Virus record (IMG/VR): IMGVR_UViG_3300014205_000193
Reading direction: 5' to 3' (one strand)
Length of the DNA stretch: 64,000 nt
Source: a virus
Lineage: Duplodnaviria > Heunggongvirae > Uroviricota > Caudoviricetes
Within the stretch, counting starts at the first letter, position 1; each line of letters opens with the position of its first letter. Both the position numbers and the translations under genes were made by a program. The notes below the pieces were generated by a model. The model made no database searches. It was not told the DNA's origin and was given only the letters and a program-made list of their open reading frames with translations. Positions 28,084 through 37,726 of this stretch are shown piece after piece.

Positions 28084-28437
28084 ATGTTGGAACAAAGGCT
28101 GAACTGGGATTTGCAAGAAGAAGTAGGGCACTGGGCTGTGCAAACCTTTCCGAAGGCGACACACACCTCCATCACTGCGCATATGTACAAGGAGTTACAG
28201 GAGTTACGCGCAGCAAAAACTACACTCAATAAAGCAGAAGAGTGTGCAGACCTTTACCTCATGTTGCTGCACCTGGCACATATCAATGGTTTTGATCTAT
28301 TCTTATCCGGTCGGCACAAACTAGACATATGCCGAGGCCGCACCTGGTGCAGACCCGATGCGGAAGGTGTGGTTGAGCATGACCGATCTAAAGAGAAGAA
28401 CCTTATAAAATTTAAAGCGGTTAAAAGGAAACGATAA
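28084..28437 (+). CDS. MazG-like all-alpha nucleoside triphosphate pyrophosphohydrolase
   Basis: Pattern YKELQEL...EECADLYLMLLHLAHINGFDL typical of MazG/NTP-PPase helices. Confidence 0.45.
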   Translation: MLEQRLNWDLQEEVGHWAVQTFPKATHTSITAHMYKELQELRAAKTTLNKAEECADLYLMLLHLAHINGFDLFLSGRHKLDICRGRTWCRPDAEGVVEHDRSKEKNLIKFKAVKRKR

Positions 28438-28937
28438 TGTCCAAAGTATACATAACCATTGGGTTACCGGGAAGTGGTAAATCAACCTTGACTCGCTGGA
28501 TGTGTGATAACGATCCCAATCTACTCGCCGTGAATAAAGATGCACTTCGTACCATGATTTTTGGAGGGATGTATAAATACGATCCCATATTTGAACCTAT
28601 TGTTAAAGAGACTTCGGTTCTGTGTGCACTTCATATCCTTCATGCCGGGTACGATGTTATCCTAGATGAGACTTTTTTATCTAAGGCTCGTCGTGTTTGG
28701 TGGGTTTCTTTTTTCAAGGATAGAGGTTTTAAAACCACTTATCTTCATTGTACAGAGATGACTTATAACGTGAGAAATAGGATGCATGGAGGAGGTCGGG
28801 GTTACAGTGCCGAGCATTGGCGCAGAGTCATTGATGAGTTGGGGGTAACTTATGAACCGCCCACTATGGATGAGGGTTGTGAAGAGATTCAGATACACGC
28901 CATGCCTATATTGGAGGTGCCTGATGTCCATCCCTAA
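28437..28937 (+). CDS. P-loop polynucleotide kinase-like protein (kinase domain only)
   Basis: YITIGLPGSGKSTL..AVNKDALRTMI...VILDETFL parallels the T4 Pnk kinase domain (ILTIGCPGSGKST..NINRDDYRQSI..VIISDTNL). Confidence 0.65.
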   Translation: MSKVYITIGLPGSGKSTLTRWMCDNDPNLLAVNKDALRTMIFGGMYKYDPIFEPIVKETSVLCALHILHAGYDVILDETFLSKARRVWWVSFFKDRGFKTTYLHCTEMTYNVRNRMHGGGRGYSAEHWRRVIDELGVTYEPPTMDEGCEEIQIHAMPILEVPDVHP

Positions 28938-29133
28938 ACCAACAGCAAAATTGCCGGTGGTTGAATTGTATATGGTAGATGCTAAAAATCCTCGATTATT
29001 TGTGACCGGATACGGCGGACGCACAACTAAGCGAGCGTTGTGTCCTCAGTTGGACCTGGATGCTCCAGACCATTTGATTTGCCCTAAAGGGATCACTTGG
29101 AGATACGTGCGTCTTAAGAAACCTACAGTATAA
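28924..29133 (+). CDS. small hypothetical protein
   Basis: 69 aa from internal ATG; overlaps the upstream gene's end. Confidence 0.3.
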   Translation: MSIPKPTAKLPVVELYMVDAKNPRLFVTGYGGRTTKRALCPQLDLDAPDHLICPKGITWRYVRLKKPTV

Positions 29134-29148
29134 GAGAAAGGTTAATTT

Positions 29149-29766
29149 ATGAACACTGCCAAGATTTATGTAGATACTCAGAACCACGAGTGCAGCATTA
29201 TGCAGATGGTTACACGGGAGCCTGCTTGGGCTGCTAAGAAAATCCAAGAGGGTGAGAAAGCAATTGAGGAAGTTAAAAAAATTAGAGAGACTTTTAACTC
29301 TTTCCAAAAGTTTCTGGTAGAGGTAAGAGACACAGTGGATGTAAGCAAAAATAGGCTCGGTCTGTTGGCACAAGTATTAGATAAGATACCACTAGAAGAG
29401 GCACCTAAAGCCACTTTTCCTACCATGGTATACGATTTGTTATTCAGCAAGAATGTACTAGAAGAGGCCGCAGAACACGCAATTGACGTGTTGAATGGTG
29501 CCCTTGCAATGAACGCAGAAGCTATTAGTAAACTGCTGCTTTTTAGCATTCCCTGCCCTCCTGAGTTAGTATCACACCCAACCATTCAGGTACGACCAGT
29601 GCTTAAATCAGAAGTAAGTACAGAACAGTATGAGCTGTCGGTACTGGGCTTGATTAATGGTCTTTTTGGATTAGCTGAGGAGGGGCGAGGACGCATAACT
29701 GCGCAATGTGCGACGGAAACTTCACTTATACATTCTTTTATTAAAACACGGGCGGAGACACAATGA
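29149..29766 (+). CDS. hypothetical protein
   Basis: 205-aa ORF. Confidence 0.5.
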   Translation: MNTAKIYVDTQNHECSIMQMVTREPAWAAKKIQEGEKAIEEVKKIRETFNSFQKFLVEVRDTVDVSKNRLGLLAQVLDKIPLEEAPKATFPTMVYDLLFSKNVLEEAAEHAIDVLNGALAMNAEAISKLLLFSIPCPPELVSHPTIQVRPVLKSEVSTEQYELSVLGLINGLFGLAEEGRGRITAQCATETSLIHSFIKTRAETQ

Positions 29767-30050
29767 GGGGCACATTTAACATAATGTGGATGACTCTGCT
29801 TACGTGTGTAACAGTGGTTGCTGTCATACTGGAGGTGGTTTTAGTGTTTTTTAAATTAACAGACCAACTTGATTGGCCTTGGGCTGCCTGGTCTTCTAAG
29901 GCAATACTTATACCCCTGATGGTTTTAGGCATTCTTGTTACGCTAGAAATGCTAGTTCGCTGGGGTTACGCTATTGCCACCGCATTATGTACTATACTGA
30001 TGAATGCTTGGTGGCGACGCACCAAACGTCGTAATGGGATGGAGGATTAA
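29763..30050 (+). CDS. small membrane protein (3 TM)
   Basis: Hydrophobic segments WMTLLTCVTVVAVILEVVLVFF and ILIPLMVLGILV. Confidence 0.45.
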   Translation: MRGTFNIMWMTLLTCVTVVAVILEVVLVFFKLTDQLDWPWAAWSSKAILIPLMVLGILVTLEMLVRWGYAIATALCTILMNAWWRRTKRRNGMED

Positions 30051-30054
30051 TACG

Positions 30055-30486
30055 ATGACCAGGGAAACATCTATAGAAGTATTCAACACTCTGGAGGCCA
30101 GCGGTGTTCTATCTGACAAACGGTTGGAAGTATTTGGTTACATCGCACGTAATCCAGGTTGCACAGCCTATGATGCGGAAGAGACATTGCAGCCTCGTAA
30201 CCGCAGCACAGTTAATGCCCGTTTTAGTGAGCTGGTTAAGATGGGCCTTATAAGGGAGATAGAGGGAGAATTTAAAGTCCAGCACGGTAATAGACGCATC
30301 ACTTATATGATAACAGGCATAACTCAGCCTAAAAAGTTAGAGAAGCAGATGACAGGGCCACAGAAGCAAGCCGTGATGTTTAATGCGCTGCTCAAGGTTC
30401 GTCAGATGGCTGCTAGATATGACTGTCCAGGATGTATAGACATACACACATTGGTCGGAGATACACTTACACGAGTTAATTCATAA
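30055..30486 (+). CDS. winged-helix (MarR-like) transcriptional regulator
   Basis: GGAGG RBS; LEVFGYIARNPGCTAYDAEE...VNARFSELVKMGLIRE is typical of a wHTH. Confidence 0.45.
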   Translation: MTRETSIEVFNTLEASGVLSDKRLEVFGYIARNPGCTAYDAEETLQPRNRSTVNARFSELVKMGLIREIEGEFKVQHGNRRITYMITGITQPKKLEKQMTGPQKQAVMFNALLKVRQMAARYDCPGCIDIHTLVGDTLTRVNS

Positions 30487-30505
30487 TCAGCATACCGGAG
30501 GTTTT

Positions 30506-30757
30506 ATGGCAACTAAAAAACGACTTAAGAAACAGATTAAAAAATCAAAAAAGAAGGGTGTGATAGAACAGGTTGCGGCCACGATAGAGCAAGAGATTTT
30601 ATCAAAGGTGAGCTGTGATAATGACACCTGCGGACATCATGTAAAAGGCAGGTGTACAGCGCAGACCCTGGCATTGACTAAAACGTGGGTAGGACATATG
30701 ACATTCTATCGACTGGTATGTATTTCTGCCACTGATTACATAGGTAAGAAATATTAA
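30506..30757 (+). CDS. small basic protein
   Basis: 83-aa ORF with GGAGG RBS. Confidence 0.4.
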   Translation: MATKKRLKKQIKKSKKKGVIEQVAATIEQEILSKVSCDNDTCGHHVKGRCTAQTLALTKTWVGHMTFYRLVCISATDYIGKKY

Positions 30758-30906
30758 CAAGGTAGTAATACAATGTTAAACCTATTTGGTAAAGTTTGTC
30801 AAATTGTCATGTTTGTTAGTTCGGCACTACTGGAGATTTTACGAGATAGATGCCCAGGGTGCAGATGTAGAGAATGTTCTAAATGTAATAAACGCTAGGG
30901 GTTATA

Positions 30907-31473
30907 ATGGCTGCACTTGATCATTTAATGAACGTGGTGAATAAGGCGACTTGTCCGTATAGACATACAGGCAATAAACCTACCAATAAAGTTATGGATG
31001 CTCTGTGTGAGGCACAGTTGGCTATGGAGGCAGAGTTGGCAGGGGCTAGTTCGGTGCGCCCAGCGCAGCCTAACGCTCTGGAGGCTGTTCGTATAAAACA
31101 GATATTGCGGATTGTGCATGAAGTTTTATATCAGCATATTCAGTTGTCTTTTCAAGAGGCAGAAGAAGTTGAACATTGCATGTTTAAGTTGATACATGAC
31201 ATTATCAAACCATCCGCCATAGATCCTAAACTTAATCCGCGGCCTGATTTTGATTTTGAGGATTTAAAGAAGATAGATGCTGCTAAAGCACAGTTGGAGG
31301 ATCTGCTCGACCATTATGGTTCGCAGTTGGATAAGTTTGCTTTTGAAGTAATTAAAGACACATTGGCGCGGAAGGGTTCTCTGTACGACCCGCAGAATGA
31401 GGCAGAGATGAAAAAAAGTGAAGCAGATATTAGTAAGAGTGTTGATGATAGCACAGGAGGACATATGCCCTAA
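30907..31473 (+). CDS. hypothetical protein
   Basis: 188-aa ORF. Confidence 0.5.
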   Translation: MAALDHLMNVVNKATCPYRHTGNKPTNKVMDALCEAQLAMEAELAGASSVRPAQPNALEAVRIKQILRIVHEVLYQHIQLSFQEAEEVEHCMFKLIHDIIKPSAIDPKLNPRPDFDFEDLKKIDAAKAQLEDLLDHYGSQLDKFAFEVIKDTLARKGSLYDPQNEAEMKKSEADISKSVDDSTGGHMP

Positions 31474-31534
31474 AATCAATGTGTTGTCAGTAATTTAGGA
31501 TATAGTGTTTTTAATTTAACAAAAGAGGTATCTA

Positions 31535-32485
31535 ATGATGGCTCAGTACTCAGATTCAGACGCAGATTTTTTAAAGTTTATTAAACATCCTATAGTCAGG
31601 AAAATAGGTTTTGGTATCTTGTTAATTATTTTGTTTCTATTTTTAAATCCGGTAAAGATAATTGAGTCCAATGAGCGAGGTTTACGCTTTACCCTGGGTT
31701 CCTTATCCAAGACTGTTTTACAAAGTGGTGCCCATTTACGAGTACCTATTATACAGACCATAATTGCAGTTGATATTCGACCAGTAGAACTCAACTCTGC
31801 TATTCCGGTAGGGCCAGATGGCGCCATAACTAAAGATAACCAGACCGTTGGTGCTAAGTTACGAGTATTTTATGTATACAAACAGAGTGATTTATTGGTC
31901 ATGTGGAAAGATTATGGGGAAGATAAAATAAAGAGTTTGATAGAGTCCGCTATAAAAGAGAGCTTCAAATCTGCCATCGGGGCGTATACTATATTTGATA
32001 TCCCACTTAGTCAAAATCAAATACAATCTTCGGTTATTGCTGATATCAGGAGAAAATTAGAAAAGTACCCTATAGAGCTTACTGAGTTACGAATAACAAA
32101 TTATGATTGGTCAGATCAATTTGATGCACAGATTCAGGCCACCATGGAAAAAGCACAAGAGGCTAAACAGAAGGAACAGGAGCTTAAGGTATCGGAACTG
32201 GAGGCGCAGAAGATTGTTAAAAAGGCAGATGCCGATAAGCAAGCCACTATTGTTAGAGCAGAAGGGGGCCGAGAGGCTGCCAGGTTGGATGCGGAGGCTA
32301 TGGTACTAAAGGGCGAGGGTATTCGTAAATTCAATGAATCTATTCGGGCAACTAAAGATATTGAATTAAAATTAAGGGAACTTGACATTGAAAAGATGCG
32401 CGTTGATAAGTGGGATGGTGCTTATGTTCCTACGAATAATTACGGCCCAATTCCTATTGAAACAGGCCGATTGAAGGGGCAGTAA
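31535..32485 (+). CDS. SPFH/band-7 (stomatin/HflK-like) membrane protein
   Basis: N-terminal TM (IGFGILLIILFLFL), SPFH core (NERGLRFTLGSLSK...IRPVELNSAI...DNQTVGAKLRVFY), and a C-terminal Ala/Glu/Lys coiled coil. Confidence 0.7.
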   Translation: MMAQYSDSDADFLKFIKHPIVRKIGFGILLIILFLFLNPVKIIESNERGLRFTLGSLSKTVLQSGAHLRVPIIQTIIAVDIRPVELNSAIPVGPDGAITKDNQTVGAKLRVFYVYKQSDLLVMWKDYGEDKIKSLIESAIKESFKSAIGAYTIFDIPLSQNQIQSSVIADIRRKLEKYPIELTELRITNYDWSDQFDAQIQATMEKAQEAKQKEQELKVSELEAQKIVKKADADKQATIVRAEGGREAARLDAEAMVLKGEGIRKFNESIRATKDIELKLRELDIEKMRVDKWDGAYVPTNNYGPIPIETGRLKGQ

Positions 32486-32542
32486 ATAGGCTTTTTGAGT
32501 AAGTCCAGTTTACTTTTTCTCAGATAGAGGAAGGAATACTTT

Positions 32543-32734
32543 ATGCCAAAAGTAGCAGTATGTACCGATTTGTGTCCAAGAGTAATATCTGTTATTGTTT
32601 CACTCGTCTCTAAAGGAGAGGGTACAGTGGAGTCGCCTTATTACAGAGTTCGCCAGTATCACACTTTAGAAGGAGAGTTTTTGGCAGAAGGTCCTGCATG
32701 CTATGAAGGTATAACGAGGATAACAGAGTCATGA
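32543..32734 (+). CDS. small hypothetical protein
   Basis: 63-aa ORF. Confidence 0.35.
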   Translation: MPKVAVCTDLCPRVISVIVSLVSKGEGTVESPYYRVRQYHTLEGEFLAEGPACYEGITRITES

Positions 32735-32928
32735 AGAAGAAAAATGAACGGGTAGAATATCAATACCTGGATTTGGAGCATTCAAAGACTAAGCAGGTGG
32801 TGCATATTAAAATCGGTCCTTGCCCAATTGCTGCCTGGAGTCTTGAGCCGTTTGTAAAGCAGGCATTTAAGGAGCAGCAGGTTAAGTACAGTAAGTTCTG
32901 GATTATTAAAAAAGCCTGGTATCTTTAG
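32731..32928 (+). CDS. small hypothetical protein
   Basis: 65-aa ORF; ATGA overlap. Confidence 0.4.
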   Translation: MKKKNERVEYQYLDLEHSKTKQVVHIKIGPCPIAAWSLEPFVKQAFKEQQVKYSKFWIIKKAWYL

Positions 32929-32961
32929 CGACGATCAAGAAGTAAAATAAGGAGACGCACA

Positions 32962-33930
32962 ATGATTCGAAAATTTAGGGATGGTAGTATGGAGTTGGAG
33001 ATATTTGTCAATTTTGTAATTGATAAGTCTCTTCCTAAATGGGCTGTTGAAAAGAAGGTGGAGGTGCCTGGGGATAGTAATGATCCTATGTCTGAGGAAG
33101 AAGGTGGTGGTGATAAGTTTACAGTGTCCGTCAGTCGGCAGGCATTTAATATGCGCTTGGATACACAGCCTGCGACACCTCCTGTTCCTCTTTTTGGAAC
33201 ACGGCTGGGCCAGTTTGAAGAGGATTCTGATGAATTCACCGTCAAGACTATTAAGCCACGTCGTACACTGAAGAGTCGTATTTTAGGGCTACTCTTTTCT
33301 TCTGCAACAAAGGAGCCTAAGAAAGATCCGCCTAAAGAAGTTGATTGGTTTTTTAAGGCAGTATTTAACAGCCTGAGCCAGGCAGAGAAGTTTAACGAGG
33401 ATTCCGCGGCCTTAGTGGAGCAAGTGGCTCAGGCTAAGCAGTTGGGGCAGCAGGCTTTGTTGGAGAAGTTAATAACCTCTTTGGATATCAAATTGTACGA
33501 AAATCAACTGATAGCTGTGGGACAAGGGCGCTATATTACAGATTCAAATGTTATTAAGTTTGCTACTGAGTCTATGCGCGGGCTTAGGTTGGATTGGATT
33601 AGGAATTTTATAAGACCTATTCCATCGGCGGTCGGTATACTCAAAATAGATGCAGATAAGTTAAAGGTATTCGATAACTATGTGATCCTTCATTATGACC
33701 CAGAGGGTAAGGCTACTGCTATGACGATAGAAGAGGAGCAGGCGGAGTTGGCCAGACGTCGTGATCCCATCTTGTTTGGTGTAATTTCAGGCAGTCGTAA
33801 GCTGTACTTTATTGCAGATTGGAAGGATGAGATATGTGACTTGACCTTCACAGATTTGTTAGAAAGACTATCAAACCCGGCTAGCCAATTACATAGGCAC
33901 GGTCCTGTTTTAAATCAGGGTGTAGTGTGA
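32962..33930 (+). CDS. hypothetical protein, paralog of 18256-19161
   Basis: Shared block DPILFGVISGSRKLYFIADWKDEICDLTFTDLL. Confidence 0.55.
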   Translation: MIRKFRDGSMELEIFVNFVIDKSLPKWAVEKKVEVPGDSNDPMSEEEGGGDKFTVSVSRQAFNMRLDTQPATPPVPLFGTRLGQFEEDSDEFTVKTIKPRRTLKSRILGLLFSSATKEPKKDPPKEVDWFFKAVFNSLSQAEKFNEDSAALVEQVAQAKQLGQQALLEKLITSLDIKLYENQLIAVGQGRYITDSNVIKFATESMRGLRLDWIRNFIRPIPSAVGILKIDADKLKVFDNYVILHYDPEGKATAMTIEEEQAELARRRDPILFGVISGSRKLYFIADWKDEICDLTFTDLLERLSNPASQLHRHGPVLNQGVV

Positions 33931-33937
33931 GGTTTAT

Positions 33938-34183
33938 ATGAAATATTACAGAATAGTAAAGAAGCACAGATATTGGATTCAAGAACGTTTCTTTTTCTTT
34001 CTTTGGCTATCCATGTACACTGCTGACCATGGATTTGATACAGAAGAAGAAGCCCTCGCAAAGCTCGCTACGATAGTTAAGCCTAGTGTGTCCGCCAGGA
34101 AACCGGAAGTATGCAGAGTGTTTGCGGTAGATAAAGGAAAGATCACAGATGTGACACTTACAAGAACTAGTGACACCATATAA
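33938..34183 (+). CDS. hypothetical protein
   Basis: 81-aa ORF. Confidence 0.4.
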   Translation: MKYYRIVKKHRYWIQERFFFFLWLSMYTADHGFDTEEEALAKLATIVKPSVSARKPEVCRVFAVDKGKITDVTLTRTSDTI

Positions 34184-34206
34184 CCATTTATTTCAAAGGA
34201 GGCGTT

Positions 34207-34518
34207 ATGCCAAGAGTCAGTAAGATTTATTCACCAGGAATGTCCAAAGCACAGTTTAAAGCTCGTCTTAAGGAGCTGCAAAAGGAATTTAAGACCGATG
34301 GTGCTATCGGTGCGCAGTTTGGGATCTCTCGTCAGGCTATTCATCAGTTGCGAGAGAAGTGTAAGATTAAAGCGCTCACCAGCCGCAATGTTCCTCGTAA
34401 TCGGGAGATTACTAAACGTTACAATGGAGGAGTGCATCCATTCAAGTTGGCGCAGGATTATGAAATGAGTGTATCGCAGATATACCGCGTATTGAATAGT
34501 TCAAAAGGGAAGAAGTAG
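34207..34518 (+). CDS. small HTH DNA-binding protein
   Basis: GAIGAQFGISRQAIHQLREK HTH-like segment. Confidence 0.45.
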   Translation: MPRVSKIYSPGMSKAQFKARLKELQKEFKTDGAIGAQFGISRQAIHQLREKCKIKALTSRNVPRNREITKRYNGGVHPFKLAQDYEMSVSQIYRVLNSSKGKK

Positions 34519-34525
34519 GATATTT

Positions 34526-34834
34526 GTGGCAACGTATAAAGAAACTACAAATTACACAATAAAGGAAGCGTTTGACGCATATGATAAGCAGAATCCGCAT
34601 GTATATGAGGCTATGCGAGATCGTGCGCTTGCTGCTATTAACGCGGGTAAACGCAAGATATCGTTTAAGTTAATTTTGAATGTGATACGTTGGGACTATT
34701 ATATGGGAACTCATGATGCCACTTGCTCATTTAAGATTAATGATGCTTATTCAGCACACTATGCTAGAAAATTTGTGGAAGACTATCCTCGGTATGAAGA
34801 GCATATAGAATTTAGAGCATTGCGCAGTGAATAG
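34526..34834 (+). CDS. hypothetical protein
   Basis: 102-aa ORF. Confidence 0.45.
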   Translation: MATYKETTNYTIKEAFDAYDKQNPHVYEAMRDRALAAINAGKRKISFKLILNVIRWDYYMGTHDATCSFKINDAYSAHYARKFVEDYPRYEEHIEFRALRSE

Positions 34835-35260
34835 TTGTCTTTCAGGGGGTCTGTTGATGCAGGCTCCTTGTTTTGTTGTTTAAAAACTCCGGGTCAGGTG
34901 CCCGGGGTTTCTTTTACGGGAGTAGATGATATGAAATTTAGATACCTAGTGGATTGTGTAGATGAGGCTGCTCGGGATAGATTTGTGACGGCGATAGTGC
35001 AGTCAGAAAATATGACGGGTGTAACTGTATTTGGTGATACAGTGTACCCGGAACCCACGATACCATCATTAATATTCTTTCCACCTTGTAGACATGAGTT
35101 TAACAAGGTGGGTTCAGGAATCCGCTGGTGTGCTAAGTGTGGCTCTTTGGAATATGAGAGTGCGATCTCTGGGCAGTTTAATTATGTAAAGACTCCAGAA
35201 TATTTTAAGGTCATCGATGTATCACCAGATACTCCACCTATAACTACAGGAGAAGGATAA
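34835..35260 (+). CDS. hypothetical protein (start uncertain, possibly 34930)
   Basis: 141-aa ORF. Confidence 0.4.
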   Translation: MSFRGSVDAGSLFCCLKTPGQVPGVSFTGVDDMKFRYLVDCVDEAARDRFVTAIVQSENMTGVTVFGDTVYPEPTIPSLIFFPPCRHEFNKVGSGIRWCAKCGSLEYESAISGQFNYVKTPEYFKVIDVSPDTPPITTGEG

Positions 35261-35613
35261 TGGTTACTCTTACATACGAAGCCTGGAAGGCTGAAGGTGT
35301 TGCACTGTTTGGTGAAGACGCCACAAATTGGCGTTTCAAGTGTGTGCGCTGCGGCAATGTGCAGACCATTAAGGATTTCTTGGCTGCGGGAGTCTCCGAG
35401 GAGACTGCACGTAATACAGTGTTCTTTTCCTGCTTAGGTAGGTTTAAAGAGGGCGTTGGATGTGACTGGACACTGGGCGGGTTGTTCTCTATAAATAAGC
35501 GACAAGTGATACGGCCTGACACCGACCCGGTTCCAGTGTTTGAGTTTGATTCCCCCGTGGGTTGGCAGGGCGAGGTAATTGCGAAAGAGACCACAACCAT
35601 GAAAGAGGTATAA
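35260..35613 (+). CDS. hypothetical protein
   Basis: 117-aa ORF; CVRCGN Cys pair. Confidence 0.45.
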   Translation: MVTLTYEAWKAEGVALFGEDATNWRFKCVRCGNVQTIKDFLAAGVSEETARNTVFFSCLGRFKEGVGCDWTLGGLFSINKRQVIRPDTDPVPVFEFDSPVGWQGEVIAKETTTMKEV

Positions 35614-35677
35614 TGCTCTTTTATATTAGTTATAGAAAACCATTGTATTTTATTTAATATTATCCTATATTAAAGAC

Positions 35678-36247
35678 ATGAAATTATCAACATATGCAAA
35701 AAAACTGGGTGTAACATATCGTACGGCCTGGAATCACTATCAGCAAGGAACTATACCTGGGGCATACGCTCTAGCAAATGGGACTATTATTGTACCCGAA
35801 GATAAAATATCAGCGATTGGATTAACGGCTACATATTCTCGCGTTTCTTCTTCTGAGAACAAAACTAACCTTGTAGCTCAGTCAAAGCGAGTGCAGGAAT
35901 TTTGTGCGGCTAAGGGTTGGGTTGTTTCTTTTGTTGTTGAGGAGTGTGGTAGCGGGCTTAACGATTCAAGAAAAAAATTAGAAAAGCTCTTGGATAATAA
36001 GCTGGTTACTCGTATTGTGGTAGAGCACAAGGATCGCCTTACGCGCTTTGGCTTTAATTATTTGAAAAAATTATGGCCTGGAGATATTGTCGTAATAAAT
36101 GAAGCGACGGAAGACGAAAAAGACTTAATGCAGGACTTCGTGTCTCTTGTTACGTCTTTCATGGCACGCCTTTATGGTCGAAGACGTAGTAGACGTGTAA
36201 CAGAAAAACTTATTAAAAAACTAAACGATGATTCAAAAAGCATATAA
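35678..36247 (+). CDS. tnpA: IS607-family transposase TnpA (serine recombinase with N-terminal MerR-like HTH)
   Basis: N-terminal HTH MKLSTYAKKLGVTYRTAWNHYQQG; catalytic-serine region YSRVSSSENK; resolvase-like core. Confidence 0.8.
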   Translation: MKLSTYAKKLGVTYRTAWNHYQQGTIPGAYALANGTIIVPEDKISAIGLTATYSRVSSSENKTNLVAQSKRVQEFCAAKGWVVSFVVEECGSGLNDSRKKLEKLLDNKLVTRIVVEHKDRLTRFGFNYLKKLWPGDIVVINEATEDEKDLMQDFVSLVTSFMARLYGRRRSRRVTEKLIKKLNDDSKSI

Positions 36248-37388
36248 ATTTAAAATTTATCCAAATGCTTCCCAAGCAGTTTTGTTAAACAAGACTTTTG
36301 GTGCTTGCCGTTATGCTTGGAACCAGTGGGTTGAAAATTTTAATAAGCCAAAAGAAGAAATCAAAGTTTTTAACACGCCCAAACAATTTAAAACTGACTT
36401 AGGCTGGATGAAGGAAATTAGCTCAGCCGCTATTCAACAAAAAGAGCAGGACTTCTTTGCGTTCAAGCAGCAGTTTTTTAACCAGAAGCGCAAAACTAAG
36501 TTAGGTAGACCAGCGTTTAAATCTCGTAAGAATAAGCAGTCTTATAGATTACCAAATCAGAAGTTTTACGTCGAAGACACTAAAATCAGGTTGGAAAAGA
36601 TTGGTTTCATTAAGGCTGTTTTTGATCGCGCAATTCCTGTTGGTGTGAAGTTTATAAATTGTACTATTAGTAAAGATGTAGTTGGTGACTTTTTTGTGTC
36701 TATCCTTGTGGAGCAAGATGTCCAACAGTTGCCTAAAACAGGAAAGACCATAGGTATTGACGTGGGGTTAAAGTCTTTTGCTGTATTGAGTGACGAGACT
36801 GTTATTGATAACCCAAAATTTTTCAGAGAGAACCAATCTGGATTAAAGCGGATTCAACAGCACTTGTCTCGCAAGGTCAAAGGTTCTAACCATTATAAAA
36901 AAACCAAACGACAGGCAGCAAGAGTTCAAAGAAAAACTGCAAGACAACGCAATTACTTCCTGCACAATGTCTCGTCCTATATTGTAAATAATTTTGATGT
37001 TATCGCAATAGAGGATTTAAACATTAAAGGAATGGTGAAAAATCATTGTCTTGCTAAGTCTGTTCATGACGCTTCTTGGTCTGAGTTCTTCAGACAACTT
37101 GATTACAAGGCCGCGTGGTACGGGAAGACATTGAGGGTGGTCGGAAGGTTTGAACCCACGTCCAAGACTTGTAACGTGTGTGGTTTCTATTATAAGGATA
37201 TGACTCTTGACATAAGAGAATGGGCTTGTCCTTGTTGCGAGACTGTACACGACAGAGATGTAAACGCAGCTAAAAACATTTTAAAACAATCCGTAAGAGT
37301 TGATGCGGAGCTACAGACGTGGAGTGAGTATCAGACTTTAGGAAACCAAACTGAAGCGACTCTCTGTGAAGTGTCGAGGGTTTTATGA
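36228..37388 (+). CDS. tnpB: TnpB (OrfB) RuvC-like RNA-guided nuclease family, IS200/IS605/IS607
   Basis: N-terminus KAYKFKIYPNASQ; RuvC-like IGIDVGLKSFAVLSD ... AIEDLNIKGM; C-terminal zinc finger CNVCGFYYK...CPCCETVHDRDVNAAKNI. Confidence 0.85.
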   Translation: MIQKAYKFKIYPNASQAVLLNKTFGACRYAWNQWVENFNKPKEEIKVFNTPKQFKTDLGWMKEISSAAIQQKEQDFFAFKQQFFNQKRKTKLGRPAFKSRKNKQSYRLPNQKFYVEDTKIRLEKIGFIKAVFDRAIPVGVKFINCTISKDVVGDFFVSILVEQDVQQLPKTGKTIGIDVGLKSFAVLSDETVIDNPKFFRENQSGLKRIQQHLSRKVKGSNHYKKTKRQAARVQRKTARQRNYFLHNVSSYIVNNFDVIAIEDLNIKGMVKNHCLAKSVHDASWSEFFRQLDYKAAWYGKTLRVVGRFEPTSKTCNVCGFYYKDMTLDIREWACPCCETVHDRDVNAAKNILKQSVRVDAELQTWSEYQTLGNQTEATLCEVSRVL

Positions 37389-37726
37389 AAAAGGAATACT
37401 TTTCTATACAACCCACAACTATGAGTCCTAGAACTTGGAATATGTTTTCTCACGAGGGTAAAGACTTTGCAGGAGGCATCAAACTTATAGATACTCACGC
37501 TACTATGAGAATAGCTGAGTTCTATGGTAAGGATAACATTGTACCGGTGTTAGTCACAGAAGACCCAGCAGGTGATTTTAGGGGTTGGCTCGCAAAAGGT
37601 GACCTTATTCCTGAGATGATATACCACAAGAAGGTATTTGAGATATGCTTTGCTTATGGGTCGGCGGTAGAAGTGGAGAAGGGTAGGGGCGAGGTGATAC
37701 CTCTTAAGATAGAGAGGACGCTTTAA
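37385..37726 (+). CDS. hypothetical protein translationally coupled to tnpB
   Basis: ATGA overlap with the tnpB stop; 113 aa. Confidence 0.4.
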   Translation: MKKEYFSIQPTTMSPRTWNMFSHEGKDFAGGIKLIDTHATMRIAEFYGKDNIVPVLVTEDPAGDFRGWLAKGDLIPEMIYHKKVFEICFAYGSAVEVEKGRGEVIPLKIERTL

